31,540 nt of DNA. Source: a virus (taxonomy: Duplodnaviria > Caudoviricetes). The notes beneath the pieces are model-generated. The model did no database searches, was not told where the DNA came from, and saw nothing but the letters and a program-made list of their open reading frames with translations. Shown in pieces: positions 16,818-25,183 of this stretch. The stretch spans positions 1 through 31,540 of IMG/VR virus record IMGVR_UViG_3300049488_000031; one strand, given 5' to 3'. Both the position numbers and the translations under genes were made by a program. The stretch's first letter is position 1; each line of letters starts with the position of its first letter.

Positions 16818-18376
16818 TGGACGACTATGAGATCAATGATGTCGGTTCGGTTGGTCTTGTTCAGGACTTGCCGGCGCATACGATTGTCCCGGAGGCGTTC
16901 GATAAGCTGGAAAATATGCGTTGTTTCGACGGGAAGTTGGCGAAGCTCCGGGGGCAAACGACAGTCTTCACTGCTCCAGACCAAATTCCCTTGTTTATCC
17001 AACAATTGGTAGACCCCTCACAAGTCTGGTGGCTTTATGCGTCGATGGATAAGATTTGGGTCTGGGATGGTTCGGCTTACTTCGATATTTCTCGAGCTGC
17101 CGGTTACACTGCTACAGAAGCCTCGCAATGGGACGGGACGGTATTAGGGGGCATTCCGATCTTTAATAATGGGACGGATGTTCCGCAGTTCTGGGCGAGT
17201 TATAGCACGGGGGCGTTATTCGATGATCTGACGGCGTGGGATGTCTCTTGGCGAGCAAAAGCGGTAAAAGCATACGGCCCGTATTTGGTTGCGATGAATG
17301 TGACGAAAGGCGGCACAGCGCATCCGCATATGGTGAAGTGGAGCCACCCTGCTGACCCTGGGGCTTTGCCAATCTCTTGGGACGAAACTGATCCAACCAA
17401 AGATGCTGGTGAGTACGAGCTTCCGGACTCTCGCGCTGGTTTGCTCCTTAATGGCGGAGCCCTTCGAGGGCAGATGTTTCTTTATAAAGAGAATGCGGTC
17501 TGGCGCATGCAGAGCATTGGGGGCTTGCTGGTCTTCAGTTTCTCCTCCTTCATCGACTCCAATGGGATGATTGCGCCGAAGGCGTTTGCTCAGTCCCCCG
17601 ATGGTATGCGACATGTGGTCCTTATGCAGGACGATTTGGTTATTCATGACGGCCAAGCGGTAAGGTCATTATTGACGAATCGGGTTCGCCGGGCGCTCTT
17701 CAATCGTCTTGACCGAGCACAGGCGAGTAAATGTTTCCTCTTTACTAACTCCGAATACCGAGAGGTCTGGGTTTGTTATCCCGAGGTCGGTGCTGATGCT
17801 CCTAATCGGGCCTTGATCTGGAACCAAGAGAATGATGCGTTGACGGAAGCTTCGATCAACTTCACTTGCGCCGAGTCGGGTTATGTAGAAGGGACGGAAT
17901 TGGGGGTATGGGACGATTATCCAGTGACTTCCTGGGATGATTTCGATGGTGTTTGGAATACGAAGACCGCAAGAAAGGTAGTTGTTGGCAATACGACTCC
18001 GAGATTTCTGCAACTAGATACTGGTGGGCTCCGAAACGCTATTAAGTATAATGCGATTGCGAGGAGGACAAACCTGGCGATTATGGGAAAGCGGCGAGAT
18101 GGTTCGCCTATTCAAGACTACAAACGGTTGAAGATGTATCGGCGGGTCTGGCTTAAGGCGAGCGGTGATCCGTTCTTTGTTCGGGTGGGGGTGCAGGAAG
18201 AGATTGATGGTACGGTGAGATGGACGAGGAAGAAATTGTTCTCCCCTGCAACTGATCAGTTCGTTGATGTGCTGAAGTCGGGCCGAGCCCTTGCGATAGA
18301 GTTCTCCAGTCGTGATAGCGGCCTGTGGGAAGTTCACGGGTATAAACCAGAAGTTGTTCCTTTGGGGTTCTTCTAA
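16817..18376 (+). CDS. Tail nozzle / tail tubular protein B (P22 gp10-like; 519 aa)
   Basis: Motifs G.V.DLP...NMR, VKWSHPADP, W...DPTKDAG..L, EVWVCYP and GRALAIEF. Beta-propeller character and expected position. Confidence 0.85.
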   Translation: MDDYEINDVGSVGLVQDLPAHTIVPEAFDKLENMRCFDGKLAKLRGQTTVFTAPDQIPLFIQQLVDPSQVWWLYASMDKIWVWDGSAYFDISRAAGYTATEASQWDGTVLGGIPIFNNGTDVPQFWASYSTGALFDDLTAWDVSWRAKAVKAYGPYLVAMNVTKGGTAHPHMVKWSHPADPGALPISWDETDPTKDAGEYELPDSRAGLLLNGGALRGQMFLYKENAVWRMQSIGGLLVFSFSSFIDSNGMIAPKAFAQSPDGMRHVVLMQDDLVIHDGQAVRSLLTNRVRRALFNRLDRAQASKCFLFTNSEYREVWVCYPEVGADAPNRALIWNQENDALTEASINFTCAESGYVEGTELGVWDDYPVTSWDDFDGVWNTKTARKVVVGNTTPRFLQLDTGGLRNAIKYNAIARRTNLAIMGKRRDGSPIQDYKRLKMYRRVWLKASGDPFFVRVGVQEEIDGTVRWTRKKLFSPATDQFVDVLKSGRALAIEFSSRDSGLWEVHGYKPEVVPLGFF

Positions 18377-19149
18377 TGTCGTATGAACCGACAAAACTGC
18401 GGAAGTTCGGAACGATTGGGGAGCTTAGTCAGTTCCTTGAGGAGGAATTCCGCAAGGTCTCTATCACGCTGAATAGTGCGGTGTTGGAGGCTGGCGAACT
18501 TTTCGTTGAGCCGTCTCGTCCGCGAGTGGCTATGCTGGCGTTCGCGGATGGAACGGAGTGGGATCCGGGAGATGGGCGGGGTTTCTACTACTTCGACAGT
18601 CTCGATAATCTTTGGCACCTCTTAGGCTCTGGAGGTGGCGGCGGCAGCTATACTGATGAGCAGGTTCGTGATGTAGTTACAGCGCTCCTAGTTGCTGGGC
18701 TACACATTAGGCTTCTGAGCGATGATCCAGGCGATTCACTAACCATTGCCTTTCAACCGCAAGGAGTTGCTTATGATGCGGGGACACTTTCGTCAGGGAC
18801 GTTTATACCCGACTCCGAAAACGGTGTTTATCAGAAGGCTGCGCTGGATGGTGATTTTGTTTTCACTGTCCCAGCTTTTATTGATGCTTATGATTCCGTA
18901 GTCCTGCACCTTAAAGGTGTCAATACAGACTCGCCAGGGGCGATTGATACCGACGACTACGATGCGGTTACTGGGGATGAACTTACGCTTACTGAAGGTG
19001 ATGTCTTTCATTTCGACATCACCTCGATTGCAGACACTCATCACCTGCATATCACAGCGATGGGGAATATTTTCGGCTTCCTTCTAATGGAGGACGACGG
19101 GGCTACGGTGGAACTAGAAGACGGCAGTGGGTATCTGCTCTTAGGGTGA
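18376..19149 (+). CDS. Post-nozzle tail needle-like protein extended with fibre modules (257 aa)
   Basis: Coiled coil plus ADGT.WDPG.G.GFYY...W, then a Gly5 linker, fibre modules and C-terminal LLMEDDG/LEDGSG motifs. Confidence 0.65.
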   Translation: MSYEPTKLRKFGTIGELSQFLEEEFRKVSITLNSAVLEAGELFVEPSRPRVAMLAFADGTEWDPGDGRGFYYFDSLDNLWHLLGSGGGGGSYTDEQVRDVVTALLVAGLHIRLLSDDPGDSLTIAFQPQGVAYDAGTLSSGTFIPDSENGVYQKAALDGDFVFTVPAFIDAYDSVVLHLKGVNTDSPGAIDTDDYDAVTGDELTLTEGDVFHFDITSIADTHHLHITAMGNIFGFLLMEDDGATVELEDGSGYLLLG

Positions 19150-19153
19150 TGAC

Positions 19154-21952
19154 ATGGCTCTGGTAAGCAAAAAGGTTGGCGCACTCACAGCATTGCCCTC
19201 GGCACCTGCTTCCGGGGACTTGTTCTATGCGGTCAGGAGTGGGACTCCTTATAAGCTGGATTATGTAAATTTCACTTTCACCGGAGCAGTTATCTCGGAT
19301 TTCACCGAGCGGGCGCAAGACGCCGTAGGGGCGATGATTGATTCGTCGCTGACTTATGTAGACGGAACGCCGTTGCTGCAACGAGCAGCGCTTACGGGTG
19401 CGGTGACGGCAGCGGCGGGGTCGAACACAACGGCGCTGGGCAGTTTCACCAAGTCACAGCTTGACACAGCGGTTTCCGATGGGAATGTTCTTTACTCTGG
19501 AGACGTTTCTCAGTACACCGATGAGATGGCTCAAGATGCTGTTGGGGCTATGATTGATAGCTCCTTGGCTTATGTTGATGGGACTCCCCTTCTCCAACGG
19601 GCAGCTTTGACGGGAGATGCAGCGGCGGCGGCTGGTTCAAATGCTCTGACACTGGCGACAGTTAACGGTAATGTAGGGAGCTTTGGAAGTGCTACAGCCG
19701 TTCCAGCCATCACGGTTAATGCTAAGGGATTAATAACAGCGGCGAGTTCTACGACAATTGCGATACCGGCCTCAGCTGTCTCAGACTTTTCCGAGGCTGT
19801 GGATGACCGAGTTGGGACGTTGTTGCAAGCAGGTCCCTTTATCGCTCTTACTTACAATGATGCAACGAATACTTTGGAGATTGCGGGAGAAGATCAAAAT
19901 GGTGTTCCAACAACTACTAGTGAGGATTACAAAGATCCGGCAGTAATTGTTCGGGTTACGAGCGTAACGCTGGCAACTCCGGGGGCAACTCTGGACGGCA
20001 TTACAATGAGCAGTGGGGATAGCTTCTTCCTCGACAATGGACTTGCTACCGCGGGTATTTACGACTGGAACGGGGCAGCAACTCCTGCAACCCGGCGCTC
20101 TGATGCGGATATAAGTGCAGAAGTTACGAGCGGGATGCTGGTTAGTGTTTTCGCCAGTACGAGCGAGGGAACGCTCTGGCAATTGATTACAGCGGACCCT
20201 ATTACTTTGGGAACCACCGCACTAACATTTACGCAGGTTTCGCCTCCCAGCTCGGCGCAGAAGAACATTCAAGTTATTCCAATCAGTGGGTTTACTGCGA
20301 ATAATCTGAATATTGCAAATTCCCACCGGAACAAGACGCTCCTCATTAACAACGGATCGACCAATGTTACGTTGACTTTAACCGCTGGGTTGATGGGGAA
20401 TAATGCGGTCTTTGATGTAATACGATTGGGCACTGGAACTGTAATTCTTGTGGCCTCGGGCATTACACTCAACAGTCCCGCAAGTATCCTTACCCTTCCT
20501 CGTTATGCGTTGGCTTCTCTGCAACGTCGTACCTCTACGCAATGGTACCAGAGAAATCCGTTGTATGAGATTGGACTTGACATTCAGAGTTTCGACGCTG
20601 ATCTCGCTACAATTGCTGGGTTGACCGCCACGACGGATAATTTTCTACAGGCAAAGTCATCAGCTTGGGCCTCTCGGACTGTTGCGCAAGTCAAGACGGA
20701 CCTAGGATTGACTGGTACCAATAGCGGCGATCAATCCATCTTCCAGACCATTGCCGTATCGGGCCAGTCCGATGTTGTGGCGGATAGCACGACTGACACG
20801 CTGACGCTTGTGGGCGGCGGCAATGTTACAATCACCACAAATGCCGGAACGGATACAATTACGATTTCCGCAACGACTACCGGCGCCACCCTGGCGGATG
20901 GTGATTACGGGGATGTTGTTGCATCCAGTTCCGGCACGGTTCTGAGCCTCGATAGTGGTGTTGTGACCACGGCGGCGCGGACGGTTCTAGATGATACGAC
21001 AATCTCTGCCATGCGCACGACGCTCGGTGTTGCCATTGGTACGGATGTTCAAGCCTTTGATGCGGAACTTGCGGCCTTGGCGGGTCTCACATCTGCGGCT
21101 GACAAAGTGCCGTATTTCACCGGCTCGGGAACCGCTGCCGTTGCAGACTTTAGCAGTTTTGGCCGGTCACTTGTGGATGATGCCGCCGCAAGCAATGCGC
21201 GGACAACGTTGGGTCTTGTTATCGGGACTGATGTGCAAGCCCAAGACGCTGAATTGGCCGCATTGGCGGGACTGACAAGCGCCGCTGACAAGGTGCCGTA
21301 TTTCACGGGTTCCGGCACTGCGGCGGTCGCAGATTTCAGTTCGTTCGGACGTAGTCTTGTCGATGATGCGGCAGCTTCCAATGCAAGAACGACGCTTGGA
21401 GTGGTGATCGGGACCGACGTTCAGGCTTTCGACAGCGATCTGGCCACTATCGCGGGGCTGACCGCGACAACCGACAATTTCATAGTCTCGGTTTCCAGTG
21501 CATGGGCGTCCAGAACGCCAACACAGGTCAAGAGTACACTCGGCCTTGGCACAATTGCCACCTTCGATGAAACCACAGCGGCACAGTTTCAGGCGAACAC
21601 ATCTGGCAAGGCGCTCTCGACGGACAAGGTTTGGAGTGCCGCCGATCCGGTCACGCTCACGGATGCCGCGACAATTGCCGTCGATATGTCAACGTTCATC
21701 AATGCCAAGGTGACACTCGCGGGCAATCGCACGCTTGGCCAGCCATCGAACGTCAAGAAAGGCCAGAGCGGGTGCATTGAAATCTATCAGGACGGCACCG
21801 GAACGCGAACGCTGGCCTACCATGCGGATTGGTTTTTCGCTGGCGGCACCGATCCGACTTTGACCACGACGGCTAGTGCGAGAGACCTTCTGTTTTATCA
21901 AGTTCTGTCCGATAGTAAAATCTTCGCCTCGCTCATAAAGGCCATCGCATGA
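19154..21952 (+). CDS. Long tail fibre protein (932 aa) with internal repeats
   Basis: A/T/G/S-rich, with fibre motifs ITVNAKGLITAA, ARTTLG..IGTDVQA and a C-terminal KVTLAGNRTL..P.N...GQSG.I.I.QDGTG.RTL domain. Confidence 0.88.
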   Translation: MALVSKKVGALTALPSAPASGDLFYAVRSGTPYKLDYVNFTFTGAVISDFTERAQDAVGAMIDSSLTYVDGTPLLQRAALTGAVTAAAGSNTTALGSFTKSQLDTAVSDGNVLYSGDVSQYTDEMAQDAVGAMIDSSLAYVDGTPLLQRAALTGDAAAAAGSNALTLATVNGNVGSFGSATAVPAITVNAKGLITAASSTTIAIPASAVSDFSEAVDDRVGTLLQAGPFIALTYNDATNTLEIAGEDQNGVPTTTSEDYKDPAVIVRVTSVTLATPGATLDGITMSSGDSFFLDNGLATAGIYDWNGAATPATRRSDADISAEVTSGMLVSVFASTSEGTLWQLITADPITLGTTALTFTQVSPPSSAQKNIQVIPISGFTANNLNIANSHRNKTLLINNGSTNVTLTLTAGLMGNNAVFDVIRLGTGTVILVASGITLNSPASILTLPRYALASLQRRTSTQWYQRNPLYEIGLDIQSFDADLATIAGLTATTDNFLQAKSSAWASRTVAQVKTDLGLTGTNSGDQSIFQTIAVSGQSDVVADSTTDTLTLVGGGNVTITTNAGTDTITISATTTGATLADGDYGDVVASSSGTVLSLDSGVVTTAARTVLDDTTISAMRTTLGVAIGTDVQAFDAELAALAGLTSAADKVPYFTGSGTAAVADFSSFGRSLVDDAAASNARTTLGLVIGTDVQAQDAELAALAGLTSAADKVPYFTGSGTAAVADFSSFGRSLVDDAAASNARTTLGVVIGTDVQAFDSDLATIAGLTATTDNFIVSVSSAWASRTPTQVKSTLGLGTIATFDETTAAQFQANTSGKALSTDKVWSAADPVTLTDAATIAVDMSTFINAKVTLAGNRTLGQPSNVKKGQSGCIEIYQDGTGTRTLAYHADWFFAGGTDPTLTTTASARDLLFYQVLSDSKIFASLIKAIA
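19313..19615 (+). repeat. Two copies (72-aa period) of AQDAVGAMIDSSLxYVDGTPLLQRAALTG
   Basis: Copies start at 19313 and 19529; 28 of 29 aa identical, with mostly different codons. Confidence 0.9.
21059..21400 (+). repeat. Tandem 62-aa-period repeat with 52 identical residues
   Basis: 21059-21214 and 21245-21400 both encode DAELAALAGLTSAADKVPYFTGSGTAAVADFSSFGRSLVDDAAASNARTTLG. Confidence 0.95.
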
Positions 21953-22635
21953 GCCATATCCTTGCGGGGATCGGCGCGGCGGCTCTTGCGGCTGGTTCTG
22001 GCGTGTTCACCCCTACCACGCCGCCTGTCTTTGTAAATGCGGGAGCTACGCTAAGCAACGGAACCGCGTCTTCGGCAACACCGGCCCTGCCTGCCTCGCT
22101 AGTCAATGGCAATATCCTGATTGCTGTTGCTGTTTCGCGGTCGTCGGGCACGAATGCCTGCTCATCTAGTGGCTGGAACGCAATTCTCCAGAACATCACC
22201 GGCGGTAGCGGCGGCACGCAAACTCGCACGAGCCTTTATTACTACATCGTTGATGGGGCCGAGGCTTCACCAACCATTACCGGGATGGCTGGATCAAACA
22301 TCGCCGCAATATTCCAGTGGTCTGGTGTTCTTAACCCGCCAATTGGCAATACTGATTCCGGTTCGGCCAGTTCCGGGACAACGATTAGCGATAGCGGGAT
22401 AAATACAACGGCGGGCTTCAGCCGCGTCATCTATGTCGCGGGCTTGCGTGCGACACTCGGAACGCCATCGGGATACAGTGAAGACAGCGAAACCGGCATC
22501 GTGAACGGCTGCGACATTGCTGTGGGCGGTGTCAACGTAACAACATCCGGCAATCCATCTGGAGCAATATCGGCTACGTCTTCCGCAAGCGCGGCATGGG
22601 CCATCGCCACCGTAGAACTTAAGGCCGGGGCGTGA
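21949..22635 (+). CDS. Putative fibre-tip adhesin (228 aa)
   Basis: ATGA overlap with the fibre gene. Short hydrophobic N-terminal peptide followed by an S/G/T-rich beta-sandwich (LP....GNILIAV, SGW, FQWSGV). Confidence 0.65.
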   Translation: MSHILAGIGAAALAAGSGVFTPTTPPVFVNAGATLSNGTASSATPALPASLVNGNILIAVAVSRSSGTNACSSSGWNAILQNITGGSGGTQTRTSLYYYIVDGAEASPTITGMAGSNIAAIFQWSGVLNPPIGNTDSGSASSGTTISDSGINTTAGFSRVIYVAGLRATLGTPSGYSEDSETGIVNGCDIAVGGVNVTTSGNPSGAISATSSASAAWAIATVELKAGA

Positions 22636-22638
22636 CCC

Positions 22639-22683
22639 ATGTCTTACCTTCTCCTTGAGGACAGCGGACGGATTGTAATATAA
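22639..22683 (+). other. 14-codon micro-ORF MSYLLLEDSGRIVI (peptide or gene remnant)
   Basis: ATG 3 nt after the previous stop, ends TAATAG, and encodes the LLLEDxG fibre-type motif. Confidence 0.45.
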
Positions 22684-22695
22684 TAGGGGACTTAA

Positions 22696-23133
22696 ATGCC
22701 AGATTTCTCTAAAACTTCTTTGCTTCGCTTACGACAGGCCCATCCGGAGCTTCGCCGCCTGATGGTGATGGCGATTAGGGAATTCAATTTCATCATTGCA
22801 GACTCCCAACGGGGGCGGATTGCTCAGGAGAGGGCTTTTGCGACCGGGCATTCGAAAGTGCGTTTTGGACAGAGTGCTCACAATTGGACACCGTCGTTGG
22901 CGCTCGATCTGTGGCCTGCGCCCTTCGATCCTGAGACACCGATCGAAATGTTTTACAAACTACAGATTGAGGTAATCAAACCTATTGCAGCGCAACTGGG
23001 AATTCCGATCCGCCAAGGCATCGATTTTAACATGGACGGTAACTTGAGCAATGATAAATGGGATGACCTTCCTCATATAGAACTGCATCCTTGGCGAGAC
23101 TATGCTAAGCGGGCAGAATTGTTCGAGGGCTAG
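22696..23133 (+). CDS. Endolysin, peptidase M15 family (L-Ala-D-Glu peptidase type; 145 aa)
   Basis: HPELR...R...Q...SAH-x6-D...D.PHIEL supplies the Zn ligands H, D, H. GGGGA RBS. Confidence 0.88.
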   Translation: MPDFSKTSLLRLRQAHPELRRLMVMAIREFNFIIADSQRGRIAQERAFATGHSKVRFGQSAHNWTPSLALDLWPAPFDPETPIEMFYKLQIEVIKPIAAQLGIPIRQGIDFNMDGNLSNDKWDDLPHIELHPWRDYAKRAELFEG

Positions 23134-23134
23134 G

Positions 23135-23611
23135 ATGACAGTTTATCAAAATCTTTCCTCGTGGCGATTGGCCGACCTTGCGGTTAATCGTATCTTGCCG
23201 GTGGAGATACCACAACACTGGCTCCAATTACAATCCTACCTTGACCGGACTCCGCAGATGTGGGAGAATGGTTTGACCCGCGAGATGTTTCTTGCCAAAT
23301 TGTTGTCGGGGAACCTGCAACTCTGGATACTTACCGAAGGCAAACAGGTTCTAATGTATGCAACGACGCAGGTTCGGACATTCGATATGCAGGTAATTGT
23401 GGTAGTTACTTGGTTGGCTGGACGGAAGATTACAGGAGAAAAGACTCTTCACTTTCTCCTTGATTGTCTGCATCGCTATGCTGCTTATAATCAGGCGTTT
23501 CAAGTCAGGGTTGAAGGTCGCAAAGGTTGGACTCGTTTGCTTACTCGGCTAGGATTTTTCCAGCCCTATGTAGTGCTCGCAGCTCCCATTAATCGGGAAA
23601 GGATGAATTAG
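23135..23611 (+). CDS. GNAT-fold acetyltransferase-like virion-assembly protein (158 aa)
   Basis: Motifs QLW, TWLAG and GRKGW.R.L..LGF. Sits just before the ejection genes (T7 gp13-like slot). ATG 23135 is 1 nt after the endolysin stop. Confidence 0.7.
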   Translation: MTVYQNLSSWRLADLAVNRILPVEIPQHWLQLQSYLDRTPQMWENGLTREMFLAKLLSGNLQLWILTEGKQVLMYATTQVRTFDMQVIVVVTWLAGRKITGEKTLHFLLDCLHRYAAYNQAFQVRVEGRKGWTRLLTRLGFFQPYVVLAAPINRERMN

Positions 23612-24415
23612 ATGGCGTCAGGGACACAAGATGTTAAGCAGGAGTCCACGTTCAGGCCGTCGGCTCAGCAGGAGGAGATTATCGGGCTGGCGATGCCTTG
23701 GATTAGGGAGTTCTCGCAACATCCACCAGGTTCGCCGACGGGAACGCAGATTGCTCCTTTCAATCAGACGCAAGTGGGGGCGCAGCAAGGAATTCTTGAT
23801 TCTATTCCGGGAATGTTGGAGCACGCGCAGGGAGCAGCGCAGGGGAACCAATTCCTCTTCAGCGGTGATGTGCTGAAACCAGAGAGTAACCCTGGTTTAG
23901 CCGGAGCGATCTCGGCGGCGACAGATCCGATTGTAAGGCATGCGACAGAGCAATTGCTTCCGAATGTTCGGGGCTCGGCGGTTAATGCTGGACAGTATGG
24001 CGGGACTCGGCAGGCGTTAGCTGAAGGCCAAGTCGCCGACGCTACTTTGCGCCAAGTTGGCGACACGTCAGCGCAGTTGGCGAATGAAGGGTATCAGTCT
24101 GGTCTGGATGCGATGGTGAAAGGAATTGCCCTCGCACCGCAGACACAGGCTGGGCTGGCCTCTCCATATGCCTTGCAGAATAGTGTTGGAGATGTGCAGC
24201 AAGGACTCACGCAAGCGCAGATGTCGGAGCAGTGGCAACAGGAGCGTTTGGCTGATATGTGGCCTGCCTTGATCGCTAAAGAAATCATGGGTCAGCAGTC
24301 GATGATTCCTGGTGGAACCAACGTTACCGAAGGTGAGCAGCCTGGGCCTTCTCTCTTTCAGCAATTGACTGGGGGCATTGGCGCTCTTGGCGGTTTATTC
24401 AGTCTTTTCTTGTAG
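23612..24415 (+). CDS. DNA ejection / internal virion protein (267 aa; P22 gp7 / T7 gp14-like role)
   Basis: Q/G/A-rich, with an AGQYGGTRQ motif and Gly-rich hydrophobic C-terminus. Confidence 0.7.
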   Translation: MASGTQDVKQESTFRPSAQQEEIIGLAMPWIREFSQHPPGSPTGTQIAPFNQTQVGAQQGILDSIPGMLEHAQGAAQGNQFLFSGDVLKPESNPGLAGAISAATDPIVRHATEQLLPNVRGSAVNAGQYGGTRQALAEGQVADATLRQVGDTSAQLANEGYQSGLDAMVKGIALAPQTQAGLASPYALQNSVGDVQQGLTQAQMSEQWQQERLADMWPALIAKEIMGQQSMIPGGTNVTEGEQPGPSLFQQLTGGIGALGGLFSLFL

Positions 24416-24427
24416 GAGAAATTTCAC

Positions 24428-25183
24428 ATGACGCCGGAAGAAAAAGCTCGTTTGAAGGCAATGTTGGATTTAATGGCGGGTGGGGGTAGTGGACAGCTGA
24501 TGCCTGTTCCCTCGCAGATTATTGATCCTTTGGTAGGGACGGCTCAGCTGCCTCTTTCGCCTGGCAATGGTTCTACGCCGCAGATGCCCCAGCTTGTTCC
24601 TATGCAGCAGGCTCAGCAGACGCAGGCAAAGAATAATCCGCAGTGGCCGCCTCCACTCGCGCAGATTCCGCAGGGGAGTGGAGTGGTCTCTTATCCGCAG
24701 CAGAAGATGCAGGATCAGGTTCCCGTTGCTTCGCAGACTCCACAGCCTCCATTTCGCAATGGAGTGGCAATGAATGGGATTATGGAACCGGGACGTATTC
24801 CTGGTGTTATGCCGACGGATCGGTTATTCCCAGAAACTCCTGAGTTAGCTGGACCGGAGGATCGAGGTGTTTACCCTGAAGACTCGCAGGTTGCTCGGGG
24901 GCCAATGCCGGCGCCGTCCCCGGTTCCGCAGCCAGGAGCGAGTTACAATCCATACTCGATGCCCGAGACTCCAGTGGCTCCGAGTCAGCAGGATAATCGA
25001 CTTGCGAATTTCTTGCAAGCTCTAGGTTCCGTGCAGGCTCCCCCGGCTCCTGAAGCAGTCAGAGTTGCAACCCCTCCGCCTCCGGCTAGACCGCAAAGCG
25101 AGGTAGGTGATTTGCTGAAACTTCTACTTGCGAGTGGGGGTGGCCAAGCTCCAATGTTATCGCAAATTCTGGGGAGGGGCTAA
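24428..25183 (+). CDS. Pro/Gln-rich low-complexity putative ejection protein (251 aa)
   Basis: AGGAG RBS, mostly disordered composition, inside the ejection cluster. Confidence 0.6.
   Translation: MTPEEKARLKAMLDLMAGGGSGQLMPVPSQIIDPLVGTAQLPLSPGNGSTPQMPQLVPMQQAQQTQAKNNPQWPPPLAQIPQGSGVVSYPQQKMQDQVPVASQTPQPPFRNGVAMNGIMEPGRIPGVMPTDRLFPETPELAGPEDRGVYPEDSQVARGPMPAPSPVPQPGASYNPYSMPETPVAPSQQDNRLANFLQALGSVQAPPAPEAVRVATPPPPARPQSEVGDLLKLLLASGGGQAPMLSQILGRG

Noticed and set aside
19313-21560. Fibre repeats as DGR template/variable repeats, shufflon sites or a CRISPR array
   Set aside because: Differences are synonymous rather than adenine-specific. No reverse transcriptase, invertase, inverted crossover sites or repeat-spacer pattern was seen.
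21949-22010. Sec signal peptide on the 228-aa protein
   Set aside because: No Lys/Arg n-region; position after the fibre C-terminal domain favours a fibre-docking peptide, though secretion is not fully excluded.
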